From positions 67,642,001 to 67,706,000 of the forward strand of contig OZ260665.1 in assembly GCA_965285935.1 (NCBI GenBank): a DNA stretch of 64,000 bases, written 5' to 3'. The notes under the pieces are model-generated. The model was given only the letters and a program-made list of their open reading frames with translations. It was not told where the DNA came from and searched no databases. Shown here one piece after another: positions 38,713 through 50,937 of this stretch. Numbering within the stretch: the first letter of the stretch is position 1; each line of letters opens with the position of its first letter. The position numbers and the translations under genes are program-made. Source of the stretch: Ophelia neglecta. Taxonomy: Eukaryota.

Positions 38713-39190
38713 ATGGTGGGCGATGGAAGTCGGTGGAGGGGGTGTAGAGGTGGTGGAAGGGCGGTGGAGGGCGGTGGAGGGAAGGGAAGGAGGTGGTGGG
38801 GGATTGATGGCGGTAGATATCGATGGAAGGTGGAGGAGGGTGATGGAAGGCCGATGATGGCGATGGCTGTGGAGGGTAATGGAACATGGTAGAGGGCGAT
38901 GGAATGCGGTGGCATGCGGTCAAGGGCGATGGAAGGCGGTTGGGGGCGATGGAAGCCTATGGAGGGCGATGGCATGCGGTCAAGGGCGATAGAAGGCGGT
39001 TGGGGGCAATAAAGTGGAAAATGGTGGATGGCAATGGAAGGCGGTGGAAGGATGTGAAATGCGGCTGAAGACGATGGACGGAGATGGAGGGCGGTGGAGG
39101 GCGGTAGACCGAAGGCGGTGGAGGGCGATTGAATGCGGTGAAAAGTGGTGGCGGGGGATATAAGGCGGAGGAGGTCGACGGACTGTAGTG
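38713..39190. repeat. Purine-rich degenerate 10-bp repeat
   Basis: GGAGGGCGRT/GGAAGGCGGT units; 60-bp-period duplication at about 38910-39010. Confidence 0.8.
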
Positions 39191-41478
39191 GAAAGCAATG
39201 CAGAGCGATAGGATATATCGCAACTTACAAATAGGCCTATAAATGAGCTACAATTTACCAAAATGCTAGCGACAGTACTAGTATACATGTCATTACATTA
39301 AGACTCTGATAGTGGTGTTTGTGTTGATACAGCCCCGTATCTAACCACCAGGTCGAATGACATCAACCAATTTTGATGTGCGCTACTGATTCCTAAAATA
39401 TTCTGATTGACAATTTCTTCTTGCATTGATTGTCAGTGTTTCAACCTAGCGCTGGTCCCGTGTGTGTGCCGAATTAACCTGGACAGTAATATGGACGGCG
39501 ATGGAGCACAACAAAATTCATTATTATAATGCACACACAATCTGCAATTATTACTTGTCTGATGAGAATAGAAGAAACATATTCCGAGTGCGCCATATGG
39601 AAATGACAGCTAAGCCAGATAAAAAAAAACCATCATGGCAACAACCTGTTTGTGAACTGATGTAGTCACAGTAGCCGGCTGTAATCGCTTTGTCCGGGTA
39701 AACATTCGATATCCGCCATGGGCTGGGTCCATATGAATCAATTTACACATCCGATCTGTAGTCTTCACTCTCCCTCTGTCTGTTATAATTAATATCGGGG
39801 GCGGATGAGAGGATTTAGAAAAATCCTGCCAGTGACCTGAGCTCGAGATTTGCCTCACTACAATGTAGAGTACCTAGTAGACCCCCCCCCCCTCACTGCC
39901 GCCCCAGAATGGGCAATCTCCTGGCGGGCGTGTGGCGACTCCTATGACAATATTCAATCCAGATTTCTGTCACGCAAGCAGATTACTCCATGGGCCTTGG
40001 AAAATCATACATTGTATTTTTTTTTTCAAGGCGACGCGATGCCAATGTTTTATTTGACAATGTATACTTATTGCCAATAAAAATGTTAGGGCCGATGCTT
40101 TGGATGAAAACCAGAAAATTCGTAAATTTACCTTCGGTTCATAGAATTATATATATAACGACGACAATAGCAAAATTGAACGTTCAACATAAACCAAAGA
40201 CAAACAAGTGACAAATAAAGCGAAAGCCAGTACCTAGGCGAAATCCACATATGGCAAAGCACTGGGTTAACTCAGCAAGGAACCTAAGTTTAAGGACTGA
40301 CATAGAACGACTAAGATGAACAAATCCAATATCGGTGTCGTCTGTCTCAGCTATCAATATTCTCACGCTTGACCCACAAATCTTGTAGGTGTGAAAACTG
40401 CGGCTGAATAAGACACCACATGGAATCCTACATAGTGTGGTTACTGGTACATGTATATAGTCCTAGTCTTAGTGGATGTCATGATTATATTGTTTGAAAT
40501 TCAGTTCCAAATAAGCTTATCGATAAATTCATTCATTACATGAGACAAACAAAAGTCCACTGAATGTTCTCTTTAATTAAATTAGATAAAATAGGAAGCA
40601 AAACTCTTCTTAACACTGGCCGACAGCAACATAGGGCACGGTATGTCGTTATAAAACTGCAAAATTATCAAAAAATTACTTTTCATTGATGAACATTTCT
40701 AGTGGCTTGTAGAAAACGCATTTGTTTAAAATTTAATAAATGTAATCACTAATATGCAGAGCATAACAGACTTCCCGCCCGGCGAAACTTAGCGCATGCA
40801 CTTACGTTGTTCTCGACTAATGACCTTTTAATGGGGCGCCTATTTTAATACGATATGTGGTGTGAAAATGCACAAACTTGATGCGAAAACAATTAAATTT
40901 ATGTTGTAGCATATGCATGTGGAAAATACGAACATGTCACTAAAGATTATTAAACACCAGTTTGACAACCATACGTACGTTTGGTCACATCACGGGGCAA
41001 GGCATGTATGCCCTCTCAATTTCAGTGGTTATTTCGCATAGAAAGACAGAGACATATGACTGTGGGCACGGAGTTCATGGCAGCCTGATTTTCTTACATA
41101 CCAAAGTATACCAGCATGCAGCGCGGTCTTCCTTTTCTCGCCAGATGGTGCTAACATCGAAAATTGCTCGTGCATATATGCCCTATGACCGCTCGCACAG
41201 TTTGCACACATTTGCTGGACCGGACGGGAGAAATGCCGGTCAGCGTGTCGGGTGAAGCAGATTTCTTAAAAGTTGCGAGGCAAATCTCACCAGGAAAGGC
41301 GAAAATGCCTGCAATATTTGACTTATGACTCATATGTCACTCATAATAATTACTGATGTGCAGCGCTGGATTCTAGAATGCGGCAAAATTCTAATTTATA
41401 AATTAAGTTCGGGGAGAAATGTCGTGTCGCTTGTCCTCCAGGTCAGTTGCCACAGGGCGTTGACAGGCCCTAGAATTG

Positions 41479-41705
41479 CAGGGGCAGATCCAGGGGGGGG
41501 GGGAGGGGGCCAGGAGGCGTGCCCCCCCCCCCCAGACTACCCTCACCAGGCACCCAAAACAAAGGCCACTAGACGTATGTATGTAACTTCTGTGGCCACC
41601 GCCCCTCGCCCCCCCCCCCCCCCCCCCCCCGCTTTTCAATTCCTCCACATGATGTGCCCACCCCACCCCAAGCCCCCACCCTGAAAATTCCGGGATCCGC
41701 CAATG
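41479..41705. mobile_element. Non-autonomous DNA transposon with poly-G/poly-C arms
   Basis: TIR CAGGGGCAGATCC / GGATCCGCCAATG; flanking direct repeat AATTG (41474-41478, 41706-41710). Confidence 0.7.
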
Positions 41706-41790
41706 AATTGCAATCATAAATTGTTGATTCCTGCTACCTATGTGTTCCAATTATACCTAGGCCTATGAAGGCCTCTCTACATAGACCTCC

Positions 41791-44095
41791 CGTTCCGTTA
41801 CGAAGGGCTGGTATGGAGCGTTGTGTAATAAAGTGATGGTATAGAGCGATTGTGTTATAAGGAGATGGTATGGAGCGTTGTGTTATAAGGAGATGGTATG
41901 GAGCGTTGTGTTATAAGGAGATGGTATGGAGCGTTGTGTAATAAGGAGATGTTATGGAGCGTTGTGTTATAAGGAGATGGTATAGAGCGTTGTCTTATAA
42001 GATATGGTTTGGCGCCTTATGTTATAAGTAGATGGTTTGGAGCGTTGTGTTATAAGGAGATGTTATGGAGCGTTATATTATAAGGATCTAGTAGTTCTGT
42101 TGTAAGGAGCTGGTATGGAGCGTTGTGTTATAAGGAGATGGTATGGAGCGTTGTGTTGTAAGGAGCTGGTATGGAACGTTGTGTTATAAGGAGCTGGTAT
42201 GGAACGTTGTGTTATAAGGAGATGGTATGGAGCGTTGTGTTATAAGGAGCTGGTATGGAACGTTGTGTTATAAGGAGCTGGTATGGAACGTTGTGTTATA
42301 AGGAGATGGTATGGAGCGTTGTGTTATAAGGAGCTGGTATGGAACGTTGTGTTATAAGGAGCTGGTATGGAACGTTGTGTTATAAGGAGATGGTATGGAG
42401 CGTTGTGTTATAAGGAGATGGTATGGAGCGTTGTGTTATAAGGAGATGGTATGGAGCGTTGTGTTATAAAGAGATGGTATAGAGCGATTGTGTTATAAGG
42501 AGATGTTATGGAGCGTTATATTATAAGGATCTAGTAGTTCTGTTGTAAGGAGCCGGTATGGAGCGTTGTGTTATAAGGAGATGGTATGGAGCGTTGTGTT
42601 ATAAGGAGCTGGTATGGAACGTTGTGTTATAAGGAGCTGGTATGGAACGTTGTGTTATAAGGAGATGGTATGGAGCGTTGTGTTATAAGGAGATGGTATG
42701 GAGCGTTGTGTTATAAGGAGATGGTATGGAGCGTTGTGTTATAAGGAGATGGTATGGAGCGTTGTGTTATAAGGAGATGGTATGGAGCATTGTGTTATAA
42801 GGAGCTGGTATGAAGCGTTGTGTTATATGGAGATGGTTTTGAGCGTTGTGCTATAAGGAGATCGTATGGAGCGTTGTGTTATAATGAGATGGTATGGAGC
42901 GTTGTGTTATAAGGAGATGGTATGGAGCGTTGTGTTATAAGGAGATGTTATGGCGCCTTGTGTTATAAGGAGATGGTATTGGGCGCTGTGTTATAAGGAG
43001 ATGGTATGGAGCGCTGTGTTATAAGGAGATGGTATGGAGCGTTGTGTTATAAGGAGATGGTATGGAGCGCTGTGTTATAAGGAGATGGTATAGAGCGTTG
43101 TGTTATAAGGAGATGGTATGGAGCGTTCTGTTATAAGGAGCTGGTATGGAGCGTTGTGTTTTTAGGAGCTGGTATGGAGCGTTGTGTTATAAGGCGATGG
43201 TATGGAGCGTTGTGTTATAAGGAGATGTTATGGAGCGTTGTGTTATAAGGAGATGGTATGGAGCGCTGTGCTATAAGGAGATGGTATGGAGCGTTGTGTT
43301 ATAAGGAGATGGTATGGAGCGTTGTGTTATAAGGAGCTGGTATGGAGCGTTGTGTTTTAAGGAGATCGTATGGAGCGTTGTGTTATAAGGAGATGGTATG
43401 GAGCGTTGTGTTATAAGGAGATGGTATGGAGCGCTGTGTTATAAGGAGATGGTATGGAGCGTTGTGTTATAAGGAGATGGTTTGGCGCCTTATGTTATAA
43501 GTAGATGGTTTGGAGCGTAGTGTTATAAGGAGATCGTATGGAGCGTTGTGTTATAAGGAGATGGTATGGAGTGTTGTCATATAAGGAGATGGTATGGAGC
43601 GTTGTGTTATAAGGAGATGTTATGGCGCCTTGTGTTATAAGGAGATGGTATTGAGCGTTGTGTTATAAGGAGATGGTATGGGGCGCTGTGTTATAAGGAG
43701 CTGGTATGGAGCGCTGTGTTATAAGGAGATGGTATGGAGCGCTGTGTTATAAGGAGATGGTATGGGGCGCTGTGTTATAAGGAGCTGGTATGGAGCGTTG
43801 TGTTATAAGGAGATGGTATGGAGCGCTGTGTTATAAGGAGATGGTATGGAGCGTTGTATTATAAGGAGATGGTATGGAGCGCTGTGTTATAAGGAGATGT
43901 TATGGAGCGTTGTGTTATAAGGAGATGGTATGGAGCGTTGTGTTATAAGGAGATGGTATGGGACGCTGTGTTATAAGGAGCTGGTATGGAGCCTTATGTT
44001 ATAAAGAGATGGTAATTTTGGTTATTAGGATATAGTATGGAGTGTTGTGCTATAAGGAGATGGTATGTGTCATAAAAGGAGCTGGAATAGAGCGC
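41791..44095. repeat. 28-bp minisatellite, about 80 copies, in intron 1 of gene B
   Basis: Consensus GGTATGGAGCGTTGTGTTATAAGGAGAT, head-to-tail with no spacers. Confidence 0.97.
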
Positions 44096-44298
44096 TTATG
44101 TAATTTGTTCTTTGTCAATGAATCAAAAACGAGGTTTTATTTAATTGCATTTTGTCGACTGAGGAAGTGGCAAACAAGTTCACACCAGGCGGATCGATGC
44201 GTTCAATAAATTCATGATGGGCATTGGTATAACCTCATAGTAGACTTACGCCTTTCATTTATCATGAATTTTTAAATAAATAAAGACAGTGCACTCAC

Positions 44299-44551
44299 CG
44301 AAGTCGACTTGTGTTGGGAATACACAAGTGGGCGGACTGCGGTTGATCTCTCGGCGCTCCGCCCCAGACAACTCGCGGGTGCCGTTACAGATCTGCCATA
44401 GACCGAAGTAGGTGTAGAAAGAGTCCTGTTCTGTGTGTCCCCAGGCCGAGGTGGCCCAGGCGATACCGTCACACAGCACCCCTCCAAACAGGGTGCTGGC
44501 CGTCAGAGCTATCCACCGTGTCAGCACATCTCTCACCAACGTCCCCGCCAT
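44299..44551 (-). CDS. PMP22/EMP/claudin-superfamily tetraspan gene B, coding exon 1 (TM1, ECL1)
   Basis: MAGTLVRDVLTRWIALTASTLFGGVLCDGIAWATSAW..YFGLWQIC..TC with the W-GLW-C-C signature. ATG context AGGATGG with an in-frame stop 4 codons upstream. Donor TTCG|GTGAGT at 44298. Confidence 0.88.
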
Positions 44552-47477
44552 CCTCCCTCTTTACTGGCCATAATACTGCTAAGTCAACTGTAAATACTCA
44601 CTGGCCAACTCTCTGTCCCGAGTTTTGTTTGTCAACGCGCTCCCTCGAGTCTCGCGCCACTTCCATACACAGTGGGGATTTAAGCTCGGCTTGGAATTGC
44701 CCGGATTGTCCGACACAAGCCAGTCAACGTTACGTATACAGCCATACTTCTCAAGTGGGTATGAGTCGCTTGAGCAGCCACAGATTAATCCAAATATAAA
44801 CAATGTGGAAATTTTACTGGTCCCCTCGAGGATTGCCACTGATTTTGTAATTCATTCGCGCGCCATGAGCTTTTTTCGACTGCTAGTAATGGCGCCTTGC
44901 CAGAGTAGAGACACATCTAAATCATGCAGACAGTGAACAGAAACATGGGCTACTAACATACATCGAAGTGGTGTCAGCGCGGAGGTGGAGGTCGCATCTC
45001 CTCTTCCACGTATGTTTCCAGCCGCCGCCCTCAGCCCCAAATAACTCCTTCAGGATTTAGAGTCGCTGACGCCGGCTCATGCAATACCTGCGAACTTGTA
45101 AGCAAACAGCGCCGAGACGCGACCCTTGATTTCCATCCGCAGTTTCTGTCATCCCCTCCCCATGTGTCTTATCGCCTGCAGCCGCGTTCAGAACCAACCC
45201 GATTTAAGTCACACTATTCTTCATACGCTGGTGGAACAATATGGCGCTAATGAATGCCTGGTCGGCGTTTATCGTTGTGAATAAAATCTTGCGCCCTTGC
45301 AATTTCTCAGTACCTTTAGAAGAGTCTAGAAGCTATCACAGCAGGCGTCGACATCCGCAGGTGTGTCCGCTCACCTGACAAACGGCCTTTCTTATACGAA
45401 AATTAAGCGCATCTTTAGCCACAAATCCCCGCGCCTTCTTGCAGTTTTTTGTCACTAATTGCTTCTAACGGTTCCTGCTTCACATCGCAATACACTTTCC
45501 TTTTATCTACTCACCGGGCTTTCATCCTAGCTACATTATACCATCTTGTAATCTTGTCTTTTTCAAAATGAGAAACCGGAACAAGAAGTACAATACTTGC
45601 GTTTTGAAGCCAATGAGCCTCTTCCTGAGTTAGCGAAGCTCATTTGTACTGATCTGGCTGTGCGTGTACCCTCTCAGAGCGCTGACATGAGAGTTAGGCT
45701 CATACGGACCAGATTCACTGGCTAATGTGCTTACGTGCAAGAAAGTATTATTCTAACTGCCTTCACAAAAGGATAAGAATATACTGAATATACGATACCA
45801 GACAATCGATGTACAAAGAGACAAGTCTACACAGTATAAATTCTCCGGGCGAATAGACGACAAAAACCTTTACAAAGTTGAGCTAATAGCCTGGTTCGAA
45901 TCTTATCTCACCTGTATTTTGCGCTTGAGGCGAATGGCGCAGCACGCAAGGGTTGGCAGTGTGTAGAGCTACAATCCAACTATACTGAACGAACAACGCT
46001 GTTAGAGAAAGAACCTGGCAGCCAAGAACAATAATAACTACAGTGGTGAAAACCATGCATACAGCAGCGAAACAAAATCCCCAATCCAGAAGTTTCCATT
46101 AAAATTACCATTTGTGTTAGCTTAGGGGAAATCGAATTGTCCACATTGCAGTCGGTGTAGGCCTACCAAATTGAAGAAACAAAACACTATAAATGTCTTA
46201 TCAATATGCAAGGTCAATGAACACGGGCACTGCTTCATATGCCAAAGGTAAGATGGAAATAGATAAGTTAGAATACTATAGGGCTAAACAAGGTGCCCAC
46301 ATGAGTGGGTGTGCAGGAGTCGTCAGAAACAGGAAGGGGTCCTTGAATCGCTTGGATAAGATCAGTTCTTTTAACTAAACCTCACCAATATCGGGCTCCA
46401 CTGCTTTTTGTAAGGAAAAGCATTTCATTTTGGATACATTTCTTGTAAAGCGAGGTTAAATTTGCCGCCTCCAATCGTTCTGCTCCCTGATTTTACACCA
46501 TCGGTTTAACAACAATTTAGTGGACAGTGTTAGCATGGCATTGCGTGTAATGGTATTAAACTGACTGGTAATTTGTATAAGCATCGTGCGTCGCCGGTCT
46601 GGCTTGGAAATAATCAATATTGTATAGCTGTGTTTGTTGTTTGTGAGAGATTGATGGCGTGGTGGGTCGGAAGATCGGCTCTCGGTTGTTGTCTTACCTA
46701 AAGCCTGGGGATGGGGAGCACAGGCACCAGAGTTTTATTCGTTTTATTTTACCATCTTTTACGGACAAGCTAGTCTACGTATTCACGTAGACCAGTGCCT
46801 GTTATTGGCAGTTGCACTTCTCAGATGGCTAGTGTCATCTTGTTGAGTGTTACGCAAGTAATCCGAGATAAACTACCATGAAGCTAGATGGCAGACTTTT
46901 TTCTCCCTAAATGCCCACCAAACTCTTCATTTACCTTATTCGCGTGTAGAATCCCACCGGAATGTATTTTATTTATATGCGATTAAACATGGCCGATGCA
47001 GGCTGCCTTGTCATACAAGTGGGTGCCCTGGGGCCAGACAGAGCGGCAGGGCAATGGGATGTGTCATCTGCCTAATGGAAACCCATTTACAGATCGCCAT
47101 AACGATTATTACATCCATCGTTTATCCTAGCTAAACGGTTTTATATGTACATGTGTTTGCCCTGCATATCAGAAAAACATTGCCCTCAGTTTTCCATTCG
47201 ATAATTCATATAAATAAATTATGATTAAGCTCACTCGGTGAATGAGTTCTATTCCAGCAGCGCCACTTCCAAATCTGAAATCATACGCAGGAAAAGGTTC
47301 GGTTTGTAATCACATGTCACCTGTTGTAATAACATTCGTCTCTCACTATATGGTATTGGCGGGGGACGGCCAGGTGGCAAAAGAATAGTTCTGAAATATA
47401 TATTGAGCATCGCTACTAAGCCGAAATGTGACGGTTAAAATGGGTAAAAAGGGCTGAACAAAACTATTATAGACATA

Positions 47478-47656
47478 CAGTAAAACCTGCCTTAAAGACC
47501 ACCTCCTTATTCAGACCACCTGGCCATTCAGACCACCTATTTGAAGACCACACTACATACTTGCAATGTTAAAATAACCTGTCTAAACAGACCATCTCCG
47601 TTATCAGACCAGTATTTTCCAGTCTTTTTGGTGGTCTTAATTAACTGGTTTTACTG
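47478..47656. mobile_element. Tc1/mariner (pogo-like) MITE
   Basis: TIR CAGTAAAACC..AAGACCACC / GGTGGTCTT..GGTTTTACTG, TA TSD, internal AGACCA repeats. Confidence 0.88.
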
Positions 47657-50600
47657 TATATGTATATTTTTAGAGCACTATCTACTTAATTAGTTATTTC
47701 TCCCGTTGACATATGCCCAAAAGATATATTTCACAAAATAGGATTCCTCCGTTAGTGACTTCCTATTTTTTCCGGCAGACTGATCAAGTCTTTTATCATG
47801 CCTCCTTCACACTCATGATATTTGGCGCTCTATCTGCGCATTTAATCCTAGAAAAAGATCAGGGATTGTCACCTCTCTGTATTAACTAGACATGCCTGTC
47901 CTGCTCGTTAACAGCAAGAAAATGTTTACTTCAGAACAGAACAGTTAGCTATAGAAATTTAACTTGATTTTGTTGAGAGATGATTAAAAGCATTGTAACA
48001 GACTGGCTTATTAAGGCCAAAGGCCAGTACTGCTCCTATAGTGTGCTGGTGGTGTATTTTTTGTGTATATTTTGCCAGAGGGGAGCGGGGGCGGGGTATA
48101 TGAACTTAAATTGGTTTATAGTGTGTACATGGCCGGGGGGGGGGGGGGGGGGGGTCATTAGATATGCTATCGAAATCTTTATTAGCGATTTGTTGGAATT
48201 GATGTATATATAGAATTGATGCACATGTATATTCAGGCCCTCGACAGGATTGGCCTATTTATCTTTGAAACACATCTGATCAATTCCTGGACCGATTTTC
48301 TCGATACATGTATTTGGTACGTTCTTGGTCTCTCGGCTAGGCTGAATTGTTTACTCGTCACGCCTATACATGAGTATATCATTCTTAGAAATTTGAATCA
48401 ATCGCACATTGGGAACAAATTGACATCACAAAGCAATTTACATGTGTACCTTTCATGAGTGACTTGGTGATTAGTGATGCGAAAATGAGCTTCGTGTAAT
48501 TCTGGGCAGTAAGTGACCTAATTCCGCGCCAAGTGTGCGTAATAAGGCTACATTCTGTGCGAAATTAAACGATACCAGAAAATGCTGTTCACTTTGCCCG
48601 GATAAGCCTACCTTCTTCACGGAATCTAACGATATGCAAAGTTGGCCGTTTTACCCTGTCCATCCGCGCATGAATGTATACGACTGATCTTTGATTCACA
48701 AGTTGGGTTCTGATTGGACCGAGGTTAATATAGACATGATGCCTAGTTGAGTAATTATGGGCGTCATTCTATGAAGTCTATTCATAGCTACCGAAGCACT
48801 GATGAAACTAGGACAGTCCTTTCTTAATTCTTTTGAAGAATTGTGTGCCTCGGGGCATGTATAAATCCGCAAGGTGGCCATACTGTATTGTAATTTGCAA
48901 ATAAGATTTTGCCATATTTATAACATATTTAATTTATAATTTTGTCTAAAAAAAGGGAAAAATATCAATCTTTGAGCAAGAGCTCTTGTAAATGACGGTA
49001 TTGTGAAATGAATGAGACAAGGAAAAATGTTTCGTTTTATTTCTAGCTGGTGCTGAATGGGAGGGGCGAGGGGGAGGGGGGGGGGGACAAAATAAAATAG
49101 TGCCAACTTGTTTATGCTAGGCCTACTAATATATGCTGTAGCGACGATATTAACTCTCTTTACAAACTTGTTCAATAAATGATAAAGAAGAGAGAGTAGT
49201 GCCGGAATTAACTACTTATTCATTATTATACTGATTATATTCTTAAAGACTAGCTGATTCTAGCTTCTGATCAATGGATGGTTTATTCTGAGATTTTTAG
49301 ATCTTCTCTTCTTGATACGAGGGGGAAATTCTTAATACTATTTGATCTCTTATTTAAAGGTTACAGTCTACAGAGCAGGTAGGACATTCAAGAGTAGTTT
49401 TAAGTCCGGTTTAATGTTATTTGAACTATTATATATATAGTGTATGGTGTAGGGACTTAGGTGTTTAAGAATATTTGAATGTAGTGGGCTCATACATAGA
49501 ATTAGAAGGATATTCAATGTAGTCATGTAGAGAACAAGTAGAATAAAATGTTATGTTTATGACGTATTAAGCAGGTCTGTGCCTCTTCGCCAGGACTGTC
49601 GTTATAGGGTTTTAGCTCTGATTTGCATGGTAGTAGCAATTTTTGTGTTTATCTGACATTTTGGTGAACGTATTCTCACAACTGTCTAGACTTTGCTTCC
49701 GTACTAATGGAGAACATTTCCTCTTACCGGCACGGTTTGTCTCAAAAGGCCAATTAATTCAACTTACACATGATTAATTATGGTAGAATCCAGACTTAAT
49801 ACCTAGTGGCACGTTTTGTAATTGATGCATTCCCAGCCACCCCCAAGTACCATTATCTATCCTCATCAATCGTACCTGTTGATTATGGACGGATCATGTC
49901 GTCTGCTGTGTTAGGGTGCGGATAGGTGCTGAAAGGTTAATGGGCAGAATTGGGTGTTATTTTGCGACATCAATGTTGTAATAGTACAGTTTACTTCATA
50001 ACACCTGGAAATTATTCATTTTCCGTTACATGTTTTCATACAACTTTTAATAAAACCTGTCTAGTTTTCCGGTGCAAAGAGCGCTCCATGTGACCCGGCG
50101 TGAACACAACGTAAAGATGAGATGCGGATCCAGACGAAAAGATGAATTTGATTGATTCCAAATTTGTCATGCAATGACACAAACTAGTTGCCGAATTGTC
50201 TTTCTTAAATCGGGTCTGATATCGCTAACAATGAAAATATAATGTATTTTGATTTGTTTTTTTATCGTGCAAACTTGGATTTTGAGTTTAATAAGTTCCT
50301 GTATCATTTATTTCACCACACTCGTTTGCAGACGACAAATAAAAATAACCATTCCATGCAATGTTGTTAGTCATCAGGCCTACTAAATTCAGTATCATTA
50401 ATGTCGTATGCAAATGCATGCCTTCGAGTTCTGACCAAGAATTAGTTACAAAATGTAAGTGTAGTAGTTTAACCAAAACCTATGAGATTCTACCAAATAT
50501 ATATTTTTATTATCAGAAGTCAATATAAACTTTTTTGGTTGCCTAGGAAATTGGAAAGTTGTTATTTACCAATAGTCTGAACAAATGACAAATTCATATA

Positions 50601-50905
50601 TTTATCATTTTAATATCTTTGGATCAAACGTAATTTTACAGCAAAAGACCTGATTAGCGACTTACCGAAAAGTGTCAACATGGCTTTTGTTTCGAAACGG
50701 GTTTATTTTCATCCCTGATAAATAATCTCTTTTTAAAAGAATGGTCCTGCATTTTGTTTTCTTTAATTGTTTTTAAATCTTGAAATGCTTTAGAGCAGAA
50801 TTTCCTACTTTTTAGTTTTAATTTAAAAAAAAATTTGCGCCGAACTGTTTAAATTGAGTCATCGTGCCATTCACCAGCTTCCGTTTTTCCCACGGTGCCA
50901 TAAAC

Positions 50906-50937
<32 letters not shown>

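Noticed and set aside
36818-39288. Pro/His-rich or Gly-rich ORFs
   Set aside because: Arise from low-complexity purine repeats and the antisense SINE.
41791-44095. CRISPR array
   Set aside because: Head-to-tail repeats without unique spacers, no cas genes, eukaryotic context.
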